A stretch of 64,000 nt of DNA from an uncultured Candidatus Sumerlaeota bacterium (GTDB taxonomy: Bacteria; Sumerlaeota; Sumerlaeia; SLMS01). The translations under genes were made by a program, and so were the position numbers. The stretch lies in contig CAYTGM010000002.1 in assembly GCA_964437365.1 (NCBI GenBank), positions 130,212-194,211 of the forward strand, in the 5' to 3' direction. The notes below the pieces were generated by a model. It was not told the DNA's origin. It saw only the letters and a program-made list of their open reading frames with translations, and did not search any database. This document shows, piece by piece, positions 39,854 through 50,046 of this stretch (position 1 is its first letter; each line of letters begins with the position of its first letter).

Positions 39854-41185
39854 ATGATACGGTACAAATTTCCTCAAAACTTCCAGTGGGGCACCGCCAC
39901 CTCCTCCTATCAGGTCGAAGGAGCCGTCGAAAATGACGGAAGGGGAGAATCGATCTGGGACACGTTCTCGAAAATTGAAGGAAAAGTCTTCAATGGCGAC
40001 CACGGTGCCGTTGCCTGTGATCATTATCATCGCTATCTTGAAGACTGTGATATCATGGCAAGCTTGGGAATCCAGACATACCGATTCTCGATCGCATGGC
40101 CCCGAATCTTCCCGAATGGAAACGGAACGATCAACGAAGCAGGTCTTGAATTCTACGACCGACTTGTAGATGCGCTCCTTGAACGAGGCATTCAACCTAC
40201 CGCAACTCTTTATCACTGGGATCTGCCCCAGTCACTGGAGGATAACGGTGGCTGGCGTTCTCGTGATACCGTTCATGCTTTTGAAGAGTACTCTCGAGTT
40301 GTTGTCCGGAAGCTTGGGGACAGGGTTAAGCGCTGGTTTACAATTAATGAACCATGGGTGGCCTGGTGGCTTGGCCATAGTCTGGGAATTCATGCACCCG
40401 GGCGAAAAGATGATGAAAAAACTCTACGTCAGGTATCTCACCATCTCCTTCTTGCTCATGGAGTTGGAACCCGCGTGATTCGAGACGAGCTTGGAGCTCA
40501 GTCTCGTGTTGGTCTGGTCCACAACATGGGTCCTGTGATCCCCTTCACCGAATGTGAAAAAGATATAGAAGGATCCCGGCGAGCTTTCCGCAAAGAGAAT
40601 GGATGGCTTTTGCAGCCAGTTTTCGAGGGCTGCTACCCGGAAGATGAATGGGTGCGACTGGGAGAAAATACACCCGATCTTGAACCGGAAGATCTCGCTA
40701 TCATTTCAACTCCTACAGATTTTCTTGGTATAAACCTCTATACATCGAACGGAGTGGCGATTGGAGAGGATGAAGTAAAGGGATTCGAGAAATGGTATCC
40801 TCGAACCGACTTTGATTGGCCTATTGTACCCGACGCCCTCTACTGGGCGATTCGACATACATCAGACTTATGGGGTGTCCCTGAAATTCTCATCACTGAA
40901 AATGGCTGCGCATTTCCCGATGAGAAGAATGGGGAGAGTCCGTATGTTGAAGACCATGCTCGGGTATTTTACCTCAAGGAACATCTTAAGTCTGTACATC
41001 GAGCTGTACAGGAAGGACTCCCTGTAACCGGGTATTTTCTTTGGTCTCTTCTCGATAACTTCGAGTGGGCCGAAGGATACTCCAAGCGATTCGGAATGGT
41101 CCATGTGGACTTTGAAACGCAGGAGCGCACGAAGAAGCTCAGCGCTGTCTGGTACTCAAAACTAATTGAAAATGGTGGATTCTGA
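39854..41185 (+). CDS. bglA: GH1 beta-glucosidase
   Basis: 443 aa. LYHWDLPQ, acid/base TINEPW and nucleophile ILITENGCAF, all GH1 signatures. Confidence 0.85.
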   Translation: MIRYKFPQNFQWGTATSSYQVEGAVENDGRGESIWDTFSKIEGKVFNGDHGAVACDHYHRYLEDCDIMASLGIQTYRFSIAWPRIFPNGNGTINEAGLEFYDRLVDALLERGIQPTATLYHWDLPQSLEDNGGWRSRDTVHAFEEYSRVVVRKLGDRVKRWFTINEPWVAWWLGHSLGIHAPGRKDDEKTLRQVSHHLLLAHGVGTRVIRDELGAQSRVGLVHNMGPVIPFTECEKDIEGSRRAFRKENGWLLQPVFEGCYPEDEWVRLGENTPDLEPEDLAIISTPTDFLGINLYTSNGVAIGEDEVKGFEKWYPRTDFDWPIVPDALYWAIRHTSDLWGVPEILITENGCAFPDEKNGESPYVEDHARVFYLKEHLKSVHRAVQEGLPVTGYFLWSLLDNFEWAEGYSKRFGMVHVDFETQERTKKLSAVWYSKLIENGGF

Positions 41186-41209
41186 ACAAGGACACTCTAC
41201 CTGAAAAGT

Positions 41210-42454
41210 ATGAAAGTGTCGAAGAAAGAGACACAGAAAGGTTCAACAATGAGAAAAAACTTATATAGAAGCACGGTCGCAACACTTATCGCAATAGGAC
41301 TCCCAGCGGCGGGGTTCTCACAGTACTACGGAGTCATTGACAACTATTCAGGTATATCAGAGCGTTATCCTGCTCTTGTAAACTTGACAAGTAAGAATGG
41401 TGTCACGATCAACACCAACTTCTTCTTTGGTGGGGGAGCTGGTGGTGGTGGCGGTGAAAATCCAGATACGGGACCACTTGGTGTCGGAGACAAATCCTTC
41501 ACAATGGGCGGTGCCATTCAAGGTGGATTCATTGGATTGTTTTCAAACTTTCAGGATGGTTCCGCAACGATTGATTTCACTGCTGTGAGTAAAGGCCGTT
41601 CAAACACCGGTGTTACCGTTGACTTCAAAGACAATCAGAATGATGGCGATGTCTATGCACTTCGCCTCGAGTCGGGAGGGTTCGATCGGTCTCGTACTTA
41701 TACGATCACTCCCACAGATACAAACTGGAATACCTACGCCTTTAACTTTACTGATGGCGTTCTCAATGAGTCCGGTGGAGCTTTCGACCCAACTGCACTC
41801 ACGAATATTGTTGTTCTTCCCATTACGGAAGTTGGAGGAAACTTTGATTGTCGTGTAGACAACCTGGGTTTCATCAGTAACCTCGTACCAACTGATGGGT
41901 TTATTGAAGACTTCGAAGGATATACACCTGGAAATCTCGGGGCAGGTATCGGGCCTCTGGCAAACCTCAACCAGTTTGATGGTGTCATAGAAACTTTTGC
42001 TTTCGGGTCTGGTGCTGTAACAGATTCAAATGTTGTTGATGTTGGTGGTGACACCGCAGTAGATTGGACATTTTCAACAACAGAAGGTGGAATTGTATTC
42101 GACCTTGGTGATCCAGGGGCCCAGGTAGACATCAGTGCCTTCGATGCGCTTGAGATTTCTCTTGCTGTTGGCGAAGCTGGTGACGCCGTTGCCGTCCTTG
42201 TTGAAGACATTAATGCGGTGGGTTTCGGTGATCGCTGTAGTAATTCTCCTGCCGTGACAACCACCCTTCAAACCTTTCAGATTCCCCTGGCCAGTTTTGC
42301 CTGTGGTCCTCAAGGTTTGACGAATGATGCCGTCCACCGAGTTACAGTTGTGCCAACAGCAGACCAGTCGAACGGCATTACCATTACCGTGGGACATGTC
42401 GCTTTCGTAGATACGAGCACTTCTGTTCAAGACTGGCAGATGCTCGACGACTAA
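41210..42454 (+). CDS. Secreted protein with Gly-rich linker and two putative beta-sandwich (CBM-like) domains
   Basis: 414 aa. Signal peptide, GGGAGGGGGENPD linker and repeated DFxD/NxN beta-rich segments. Function is not assignable. Confidence 0.35.
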   Translation: MKVSKKETQKGSTMRKNLYRSTVATLIAIGLPAAGFSQYYGVIDNYSGISERYPALVNLTSKNGVTINTNFFFGGGAGGGGGENPDTGPLGVGDKSFTMGGAIQGGFIGLFSNFQDGSATIDFTAVSKGRSNTGVTVDFKDNQNDGDVYALRLESGGFDRSRTYTITPTDTNWNTYAFNFTDGVLNESGGAFDPTALTNIVVLPITEVGGNFDCRVDNLGFISNLVPTDGFIEDFEGYTPGNLGAGIGPLANLNQFDGVIETFAFGSGAVTDSNVVDVGGDTAVDWTFSTTEGGIVFDLGDPGAQVDISAFDALEISLAVGEAGDAVAVLVEDINAVGFGDRCSNSPAVTTTLQTFQIPLASFACGPQGLTNDAVHRVTVVPTADQSNGITITVGHVAFVDTSTSVQDWQMLDD

Positions 42455-42481
42455 GTGCTTCCTTGTTCTATTCTCACTCCT

Positions 42482-42518
42482 GGTACCATCCCCTTTTTGG
42501 GGATGGTATTTCTTTTTG
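42482..42518 (+). terminator. Rho-independent terminator
   Basis: GGTACCATCCCC-TTTTT-GGGGATGGTAT followed by TTCTTTTTG, 28 bp after the stop of the 41210..42454 gene. Confidence 0.75.
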
Positions 42519-42581
42519 AAGATCTGCTTGTTCAGGTTTTTCGAAAGAACTTAGCTTGAGCTCATAAGAAGAGGATCGTAG

Positions 42582-43163
42582 TTGTCGCTGAAAACAAAGA
42601 GAGGTAGAGTTTCTCCCATGAACCTTGAACAATCAGTCCTTGATCGCATCCAACGAATAAAACTCATCGCCCTGGACGTTGACGGTGTCATGACAGATGG
42701 GGGAATCTATCTTGGCGACTCAGGCGAAATGAAGAAATTCAACGTGCAGGATGGAGCAGGAATCGCCATGGCTATCAAGGCTGGCTACAAGGTCGCCATT
42801 ATCACGGGTCGAGAAAGCAAGGCGGTAACATTGAGAGCCCAGGAACTTAAGATTGAAGAAGTTTATCAGGGCGTAAGTAATAAGGTCAAAGTCATGGAGG
42901 AGCTCTGCGAAAAGTATGGTTTTCAGCCCGCAGAGATCATGTATATGGGTGATGACATTCCGGACATACAGGCGTTTGAATACTGTGGACTGGGAATTGT
43001 TCCCTTTTCAGGCACTGCAGATGCCAAGGCTCATGCACATTACATTACCCACCAAACCGCGGGTCACGGAGCTATACGCGAAGCGATTGAACTCGTGATG
43101 AGAAACCAGGGCTCATGGGAGCAGACGCTTAAAGAGTATCTGGACAAGAAGATTCAACAGTAA
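42582..43163 (+). CDS. kdsC: KDO 8-phosphate phosphatase (HAD-IIIA)
   Basis: IKLIALDVDGVMTDGGIY and GDDxPD motifs. The true start is probably the internal Met (MNLEQS) at ~42618. Confidence 0.7.
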   Translation: MSLKTKRGRVSPMNLEQSVLDRIQRIKLIALDVDGVMTDGGIYLGDSGEMKKFNVQDGAGIAMAIKAGYKVAIITGRESKAVTLRAQELKIEEVYQGVSNKVKVMEELCEKYGFQPAEIMYMGDDIPDIQAFEYCGLGIVPFSGTADAKAHAHYITHQTAGHGAIREAIELVMRNQGSWEQTLKEYLDKKIQQ

Positions 43164-43164
43164 C

Positions 43165-44424
43165 TTACGATAGAAGCTTCTCGGATTCGAACAGACCTGC
43201 GATTGTTTCCCGCTCACGAATGAGGTTTGCCTCACCATTTTCGACAAGGATCTCTGCCGGTTTTGGACGCGAGTTATAGTTACTTGCCATAACAAACCCA
43301 TATGCTCCAGCATCCATGATTGCGAGCAGGTCACCCTGTTCAGGTGCAGGAGCTTCCCGGTTCAGAGCTATAAAGTCACCTGTTTCGCAGACAGGGCCAA
43401 CAAAGTCGAGCCTCTCGTTCGTGGCATGAGATTGCTTAATGGGAAGTATTCGGTGGTGAGCCTCGTAGAGTGCAGGTCTCATGAGTTCCGTCATGGCAGC
43501 ATCAATGATGATGAATTTACGTGTGTCGCCAACTTTCACATACTCGACACTTGTGAGTAAAACACCTGCTGGTCCCGAGATGGATCTTCCTGGTTCAAGC
43601 ACCAGCGTCACTCCAAGCTCCTTAATACGAGGAGCCAGAGTCCCCGCAAAAGGTTTAATGTCGAGTGGCTTCTGACCTTCCTCGTAGGCTATACCGAAGC
43701 CTCCTCCAAAGTTCAGTGTTCTTAACTTCGCTCCGGTTTCGCTCATGAAGTTCTTAGCGTAATCAATCACGATATCCACAACCTGAGGGTGGACAGAGGA
43801 ATCAAGAATCTGCGATCCAATGTGGCAATGTAGACCTTCTATACGAAGGTTTGGCATTGACGAGACGACCTCTTTCCCAAGCTTCAAGGCACGCTCCAGA
43901 GAGATACCAAACTTGTTCTCTGTCTTTCCCGTCGTGATATATTTGTGAGTCTTTGCATCGACGTTTGGATTGATTCGAATAGCGATCGGAGCGACTTTAC
44001 CCATAAACGCTGCGACCTCATTAATCCGATATGCTTCTGGTTCTGACTCGACATTGAATTCTCCGACACCGGCGTTAATGGCAGCTCGAATCTCTTCACT
44101 GGTCTTTCCCACTCCAGCAAAGATAACCTTCGAGCAATCAATACCTGCTTTTTGAACACGGGCAAGTTCTCCGCCACTAACAATGTCGAAGCAGGAACCT
44201 TCGTCCTTCAGCATTTGAAGAATTGCGAGGTTGCTATTACTTTTTACGCTGTATGCAACCATGTGGTCGACGTCTTTGAAGGCTTCGACGACTCGTCGGA
44301 AGTTTTCCTTTATCAAACCTGCAGAATAAACGTAGAGGGGAGTTCCGTACTGCTTCGCGAGCGTGGAAAAAGAGACTCCGTCCGCCATTAACTCTCCGTT
44401 ATCATAGTGAAAACCAGCCTTCAT
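43165..44424 (-). CDS. lysA: Diaminopimelate decarboxylase
   Basis: 419 aa. Fold-III PLP decarboxylase: YSVKSN near the N-terminus, HCHIGSQ, EPGRSISGPAG, and a C-terminal beta-barrel. Confidence 0.8.
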   Translation of the reverse strand: MKAGFHYDNGELMADGVSFSTLAKQYGTPLYVYSAGLIKENFRRVVEAFKDVDHMVAYSVKSNSNLAILQMLKDEGSCFDIVSGGELARVQKAGIDCSKVIFAGVGKTSEEIRAAINAGVGEFNVESEPEAYRINEVAAFMGKVAPIAIRINPNVDAKTHKYITTGKTENKFGISLERALKLGKEVVSSMPNLRIEGLHCHIGSQILDSSVHPQVVDIVIDYAKNFMSETGAKLRTLNFGGGFGIAYEEGQKPLDIKPFAGTLAPRIKELGVTLVLEPGRSISGPAGVLLTSVEYVKVGDTRKFIIIDAAMTELMRPALYEAHHRILPIKQSHATNERLDFVGPVCETGDFIALNREAPAPEQGDLLAIMDAGAYGFVMASNYNSRPKPAEILVENGEANLIRERETIAGLFESEKLLS

Positions 44425-44599
44425 TGTTCAAACCTGTCCTTATTTCATGAATTGATCGTCCGGGGACTGTTCACAGCGTTTGCGGGTGAGGCAACAGGAC
44501 AATCCGAGATTTCTACAGATTTTCCGAAAAAGCCTTCATCGATGAGTACTTATTCCCTTGGCTTATTGAGAGAAAGATGGCTAACCATGTCATATAGAG

Positions 44600-45604
44600 T
44601 TGAGGAGACTCGATTTACTGATGAAGAAAACAAATGCTCATAAAAAAAGTACTGCAGCACTGAAACTCGTGGATGAAGTCGAAAAAGTCATCGTCGGGAA
44701 ACGTCGGATCATCATGAGAGTTGTAGCCGCCTTGATGGCTAACGGGCACGTGCTATTGGAAGATGTCCCCGGCACTGGGAAGACGACTCTCGCAAAAACG
44801 CTCTCCCAATGTCTTGATGCGAGGTTCAAGAGAATCCAGTTTACCCCTGACCTGCTCCCCACTGACTTGACGGGTGTATCTATATATAATCAGAAATCCC
44901 AGGAATTCGAGTTCAGAGAAGGGCCACTCTTTGGCAATATTCTTCTTGCCGATGAGCTCAATCGTGCCACTCCACGCACTCAGAGCGCACTACTCGAAGC
45001 AATGGAGGAAAGGACCGTCACAATCGATGGAGCCTCACATGATTTGCCTGACCCTTTTTTCGTGATCGCGACTCAAAATCCCATCGAGCAGCACGGCGTA
45101 TATCATCTACCCGAGGCACAGGTCGATCGGTTTCTTGTGCGCTTGAAACTCGGCTATACAACAATTACCGAGGAGCGTGAAATTGTTGAGGGGCAACGAA
45201 CTGCTCACCCGCTTCGAGAAATTAAGTCGATCATATCCCTGGAAGATCTAAAACAGGAAATGGCAAAACTTCGTGAGATTGTAGTAGAGACAAACGTATC
45301 TGATTATATTGTTCGTGTGGTGGCGGCGACCAGAGAACACCGTGATATTGAGTTAGGGGCGTCACCGCGCGCCAGTCTTGCTCTTTATCGCCTATGCCAG
45401 GCAACAGCCTGGATTGTCGGGCATGAATTTGTCACGCCTGACATGGTTAAGAAACTGGCTCCGTCTGTCCTTTGCCACCGAATCTTGCTCAAACCACAGG
45501 CAAGGTTGGGTGGGGTACAATCAGAGGACATCGTAGAGGACGTGCTGTCTTCAGTCGATGTTCCAATCGTCAGGATGAAAGATGGTACGACAGATCATTT
45601 GTAG
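44600..45604 (+). CDS. MoxR-family AAA+ ATPase
   Basis: Walker A LEDVPGTGKTTLAK, Walker B ILLADELNRA, and the MoxR-specific C-terminal helical region. Confidence 0.8.
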   Translation: MRRLDLLMKKTNAHKKSTAALKLVDEVEKVIVGKRRIIMRVVAALMANGHVLLEDVPGTGKTTLAKTLSQCLDARFKRIQFTPDLLPTDLTGVSIYNQKSQEFEFREGPLFGNILLADELNRATPRTQSALLEAMEERTVTIDGASHDLPDPFFVIATQNPIEQHGVYHLPEAQVDRFLVRLKLGYTTITEEREIVEGQRTAHPLREIKSIISLEDLKQEMAKLREIVVETNVSDYIVRVVAATREHRDIELGASPRASLALYRLCQATAWIVGHEFVTPDMVKKLAPSVLCHRILLKPQARLGGVQSEDIVEDVLSSVDVPIVRMKDGTTDHL

Positions 45605-46391
45605 GTCAGAAACCGTTATCAAGACGGTACTTATTGTTGCCGCTGTTTGCATTTGCGGCTGTGCAAAGTTCGATCGCTCCCGAGCTGAGCTTGAGACTTC
45701 TGCTGAACACGGAGCAGAGTTCAGAGATCAGGCCACTCCTGTTCGAGCATCCACTCCAGCCGACCCAGCTATACAGAAGCTCCTGAGTCCTTACAAAGCG
45801 GAAGTGAGTAAACTGAATGAGCCGATTGGAATCGCGGCGGAGAACTTCTCAGTACCCGCTAGAGATGGCGGGTTTGGTTCAGTCATCGCTGATGTAATCC
45901 TCTGGAAAGCACGAAAAGACCTTGATTCAAGAGTGGACGCAGCCTTCACAAATTCTGGAGGTATTCGGGCACCCCTCGATAAGGGCAGTATAACTAGAGC
46001 CCAGATCATGAAGGTCCTTCCTTTTGAAAACAGGATTGTTATCCTCGAGCTGGACAAAGATGAGCTGATGCAACTGGGTCAGGAACTGGCGAACACAAAA
46101 GGTGGAAACCCTATCTCTGGAATGGAGATTTCCGCTGCCCCTGACTGGAAACTGATGTCTGTATTGATTCGCAAAAATCGGCTCAAGGATCAGGAGGGTC
46201 CCTTCTACATTGCGACAAATAGTTTTCTCGCTGCAGGCGGAGCCGGATCAGAACTTCTAAAGAATGCCAGAAAAGTAGAATATGATGTTCTGCTGAGCGA
46301 TGCATTTATTGAGTATATACAGAATATTCAGGAAAGGGGAGATTCGCTTGTCATGCCGGAAAGAGCACAGCGATATTTCGTAGAGGAATAG
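45582..46391 (+). CDS. 5'-nucleotidase C-terminal (substrate-binding) domain lipoprotein
   Basis: 269 aa. Lipobox ICGCAK. TNSGGIRAPL motif of the 5_nucleotid_C domain. There is no metallophosphatase domain in this ORF. Confidence 0.65.
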   Translation: MVRQIICRSETVIKTVLIVAAVCICGCAKFDRSRAELETSAEHGAEFRDQATPVRASTPADPAIQKLLSPYKAEVSKLNEPIGIAAENFSVPARDGGFGSVIADVILWKARKDLDSRVDAAFTNSGGIRAPLDKGSITRAQIMKVLPFENRIVILELDKDELMQLGQELANTKGGNPISGMEISAAPDWKLMSVLIRKNRLKDQEGPFYIATNSFLAAGGAGSELLKNARKVEYDVLLSDAFIEYIQNIQERGDSLVMPERAQRYFVEE

Positions 46392-46395
46392 TATC

Positions 46396-47325
46396 ATGAG
46401 AATAAACCGACGTCAGTTTATCAAGAAGGGTCTGCTTGCTGTTGGCTCAATGAGCACCCTGCCAGGGATGGTTGCAGCGAATCAAAAATCGACGCAGGCT
46501 CTCAAGTTAATTGTCCTGCATACGAATGATATACACTCGCACCTTGATCCAATGGCTACTGGTGAGTATAAAGGGCTTGGAGGCGCAGCGGCACGGTCCT
46601 CCATCATCAAAAGGATGAGAGAGCAGTTTCCACATGTCTTAACATTCGACTCGGGAGACCTGTTTCAGGGTACCCCCTACTTTAACCTTTTTCAGGGAGA
46701 GCCTGAAGTGAAAGTCATGTCAGCCACAGGTTATGATGCAATGACCATCGGCAACCATGATTTTGACGCGGGAGTTGAGAGGCTTGCTGAGTTAACAGAA
46801 TCAGAGATGAATTTCCCTCTACTGAATTGTAACTATGATTTGTCCAGAAGTCCGTTAGATGGTCTGGTTAAAGAGTACATTATTAAAGAAATGGATGGCC
46901 TGAGAGTTGGAGTCATGGGACTTGGGATAAAGCTTGAAGGGCTTGTGATGCCTGGTCTCTTCGAAGGGGTTATCTATCGAAACCCAATTCAAGAGGCTCG
47001 TCGGGTAGCCAGGATCCTGGTTCATGAAGAAAAGGCAGACTATGTGATCGCCCTTTCCCACATTAATCATTATGCATCCGAGGGGGATCGCGAGCCCGGT
47101 GACCGGGATATCATTAGAGAAATCCCAGAAATTGACCTGGTATTGGGCGGTCACAATCATCTTCTCTTTCCGAGACCTGAGGTCTACATGAGAAGGGAAG
47201 GGTTTGGGATGATTAACCAGGCAGGGTGGGCTGGAACCCACATCGGGATGTTGAATCTGGAAATTTTCGAGCGTAAACGTGTTGAGGTTTCGATGGCAGA
47301 AAATCTTCCTGTTTTCACCGCTTGA
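46396..47325 (+). CDS. Tat-secreted metallophosphatase domain of 5'-nucleotidase/UshA family
   Basis: 309 aa. Tat-like RRQFIK signal. LHTNDIHSH, GDLFQG, GNHDFD and GGHNH metallophosphatase motifs as in the UshA N-domain. Confidence 0.7.
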   Translation: MRINRRQFIKKGLLAVGSMSTLPGMVAANQKSTQALKLIVLHTNDIHSHLDPMATGEYKGLGGAAARSSIIKRMREQFPHVLTFDSGDLFQGTPYFNLFQGEPEVKVMSATGYDAMTIGNHDFDAGVERLAELTESEMNFPLLNCNYDLSRSPLDGLVKEYIIKEMDGLRVGVMGLGIKLEGLVMPGLFEGVIYRNPIQEARRVARILVHEEKADYVIALSHINHYASEGDREPGDRDIIREIPEIDLVLGGHNHLLFPRPEVYMRREGFGMINQAGWAGTHIGMLNLEIFERKRVEVSMAENLPVFTA

Positions 47326-47407
47326 AAGAAATTCAGTTTGAACCCCTTCCAATGAGAAGGCACGATTTCATCATCGAATTCATTCATCACGAGTTGAAAG
47401 AGTTAAA

Positions 47408-47956
47408 ATGCATCGTCTTCTTGTTCTTCTGATTATTGCGTTCAGTGTTACATCCTGTGCCTCAAGGAAGGTACATCGCCTGACTGATCAAAAGTTTGAA
47501 CCAACCCCTCAAAACCAGGAGGTGAAACTTTTCGTGAATGCTGTGCGACGTCCACATATCCAGCTTGCTTATATCGATAGTTTTTACGATTCAGCAGACG
47601 ATACAGAAGTCCTGAAGAGGCAGTTAGCCGATATTAGAAAGAAAGCAAGGAAGTTAGGTGCAGACGCTATCGTGAATGTTCGTCAGCTGAACAGCGAGGT
47701 CAGAGGATTCACCGTTGATGAGAGTGTCCCATTTAAATCTTATGAACAGGGTGAATACGAGCTCACTTTTGTGCGTGGAACAGCCGTGAAGTTTGTGGAG
47801 GAAAATGATGAAAGAATTCCTCAGGAAGAAATCGTGATGGAAGATGATGCGCCTGAGTCTGTTCCAACTGATTCTGGAATACCCACAATTAAGACAGCGG
47901 ATCCGAATGAAGGACAGACAACTCTTCCAAGAGGTCTGAATCCAAATCGTCGATGA
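47408..47956 (+). CDS. Hypothetical lipoprotein
   Basis: 182 aa. Lipobox VTSCAS. No recognisable motif. Confidence 0.35.
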   Translation: MHRLLVLLIIAFSVTSCASRKVHRLTDQKFEPTPQNQEVKLFVNAVRRPHIQLAYIDSFYDSADDTEVLKRQLADIRKKARKLGADAIVNVRQLNSEVRGFTVDESVPFKSYEQGEYELTFVRGTAVKFVEENDERIPQEEIVMEDDAPESVPTDSGIPTIKTADPNEGQTTLPRGLNPNRR

Positions 47957-47966
47957 CTGAATGCTT

Positions 47967-48788
47967 CTATTCGTGAAGCGAGTGACCACAGAATTTACAG
48001 AAGATCGCGTCACTTTCGTGTCCTGATTTATTACACGATCGACAGACCTGAGTGCTGAGCTTCCGTTTTCTTGCCGCGCCAAGCTCTGTCGTTATAATAC
48101 CTGTTGGTATAGCAATCACGGCATAGCCTAAGATCATGACCGCTGCGGAAATTGTCTGTCCCAGTACTGTTCCAGGTGTGATGTCTCCGTAGCCAACGGT
48201 TGTGAGCGTGACAATTGCCCAGTAAATACCTCGGGGGATGTTATCAAAACCATTTTCCGGCCCCTCAACAACATACATTAAAGCCCCCATAATCAGAACG
48301 ATCGAAAGAACTGTGAAGAGAAAGACCGTGATCTTCTCACGACTTCTTTTGAGGGCATCGAGTAAGACCATCTCTTCTCCGACGAATCGAGCAAGTTTGA
48401 GAACTCTAAAGACTCTGAGGAGTCTGAGCGCACGGAAAACAAGGAGTGCCTGTGCTCCCGGAAAGAACAAGCTCAGGTAACTTGGTAAAATGGAAATCAA
48501 ATCGATGATACCGAAGAAGCTGAAAACATAATTCTCAGGTTTCTTGACTGTATAGACACGAAGCAGATACTCTATTGTGAAGACAAAAGTGAAAAACCAT
48601 TCCAGCGCTCGCAGTGAAGCACCATAGTTTGCTCGAACTGAGGCAACAGACTCAAGGCAGACTGCGAAAAGACTCCCGATGATAAAGAGAAAAAGCAGGA
48701 GGTCGAAGATCCGACCTTCACGAGTATCTGCTTCGAAAATAATCTCGTGTAGTCGAGCACGTTCTTTTTGGCTGAGCAGCTTCATCAA
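47967..48788 (-). CDS. Voltage-gated (Kv-like, 6TM) potassium channel with C-terminal zinc ribbon
   Basis: 273 aa. S4 helix with Arg every third residue (RALRLLRVFRVLKLAR). Selectivity filter TTVGYGD. C-terminal CRSCN...CKFCGH. Confidence 0.75.
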   Translation of the reverse strand: MMKLLSQKERARLHEIIFEADTREGRIFDLLLFLFIIGSLFAVCLESVASVRANYGASLRALEWFFTFVFTIEYLLRVYTVKKPENYVFSFFGIIDLISILPSYLSLFFPGAQALLVFRALRLLRVFRVLKLARFVGEEMVLLDALKRSREKITVFLFTVLSIVLIMGALMYVVEGPENGFDNIPRGIYWAIVTLTTVGYGDITPGTVLGQTISAAVMILGYAVIAIPTGIITTELGAARKRKLSTQVCRSCNKSGHESDAIFCKFCGHSLHE

Positions 48789-49960
48789 AGCTCTGATTCA
48801 GCAGTTTCGTTCATCGGTTTCGCATTCATCACCTGTTCAAAAATCGCCGGATCGATCTCTCCTTTGGGCCGACCTGCAGCGATCCACTTGTCAATTTCCT
48901 CAAAGAGGATATCGACCATTTCTTCTTCCTTACATCCTCGGACAACTTTGCCCAGCCTGTAGATTGCACCCTTGCCACGTCCTCCTGCGATGCCGAAATC
49001 AGCAATCTGCCCCTCTCCTGGTCCGTTCACTGCACAACCCATCACGCTGACAGAAATATTCTCAGTCGGGTATTCACGGAGACGCTCTTCTACCGCGAGG
49101 GCAGCCCGCTCCAGTGCTATCTCTACGCGTCCGCAGCTGGGACAAGAAATCAGGTTCGGACCAGCTTCACGTTCCCCGACGTTTTGAAGCAGCTTCTGTC
49201 CGACAAAGACCTCTTCCTTTGAGTCGCCTGTTAAAGAGACTCTGATCGTGTCACAAAGGCCATCAAGCAGAAGTGGGCCGAAAGCCATCGCACTCTTAAT
49301 TGTGCCTGTTCTTACCGTGCCTGCTTCCGTGAGTCCAACATGGAAGGGAACATCACTCTTATCCGCCATAAGGCGATAAGCGGCGACCGTAGTAATGACG
49401 TCGGACGCTTTCAGTGAAAGCTTAATCTGATCGTAACCACAATCCTCAATGAGGCGGATTTCGTCGAGTGCTGATTCAACCATGGCCTCCTCTGTCGAAA
49501 TTTCACCTGCGAAGACTTTTTTTCGAAGATCCATACGCAGGCTTCCGTTATTTACCCCGATTCTAATCGGAACGTTCCGCTCTTTGCAGAGGGCGACGAT
49601 TTCGGGAAGTTTATCTTTGCGAGCAAGGTTTCCTGGGTTAAGGCGGATTCCATCCACTCCAGCTTCCAGCACTCGAATGGCTAATCGGTAATCGAAGTGA
49701 ATATCTGCGATGATCGGCAGGGGAGCTTCCTTCATGATATCGTCGAAAGCTTCAGCAGCTTTGATATCAGGGCAAGCCAGCCGAACGATGTCTGCACCTG
49801 CATTTTCCAGATCACGAAGTTGAGACAGTGTTGCTTCCACATTCCTCGTGTCTGTTTTCGTCATTGTTTGGATACTGATCGGAGCTCCGCCTCCAATAGC
49901 AACATCTCTAACTTTAACCTGACGGGTCTTGCGTCTTTTTAAGCCCATTGCTTGAGTCAC
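48785..49960 (-). CDS. ispG: 4-hydroxy-3-methylbut-2-enyl diphosphate synthase
   Basis: 391 aa. RRKTRQVKVRDVAIGGGAPISIQTM N-terminus. C-terminal CPSCGR Fe-S motif. Confidence 0.85.
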   Translation of the reverse strand: MTQAMGLKRRKTRQVKVRDVAIGGGAPISIQTMTKTDTRNVEATLSQLRDLENAGADIVRLACPDIKAAEAFDDIMKEAPLPIIADIHFDYRLAIRVLEAGVDGIRLNPGNLARKDKLPEIVALCKERNVPIRIGVNNGSLRMDLRKKVFAGEISTEEAMVESALDEIRLIEDCGYDQIKLSLKASDVITTVAAYRLMADKSDVPFHVGLTEAGTVRTGTIKSAMAFGPLLLDGLCDTIRVSLTGDSKEEVFVGQKLLQNVGEREAGPNLISCPSCGRVEIALERAALAVEERLREYPTENISVSVMGCAVNGPGEGQIADFGIAGGRGKGAIYRLGKVVRGCKEEEMVDILFEEIDKWIAAGRPKGEIDPAIFEQVMNAKPMNETAESEL

Positions 49961-50046
49961 CTCGCGTTTGTTCTCATCTTGCTAGTCAGTCAGCCGGTGT
50001 GATGCAAGGCAGATACCGAATCGAGCGAGGAACAAATCTACCAATT

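Noticed and set aside
41734-42430. 176-aa and 118-aa - strand ORFs inside the 41210..42454 gene
   Set aside because: Antisense and overlapping a longer signal-peptide-bearing ORF. Pro/Ser-rich wrong-frame artefacts.
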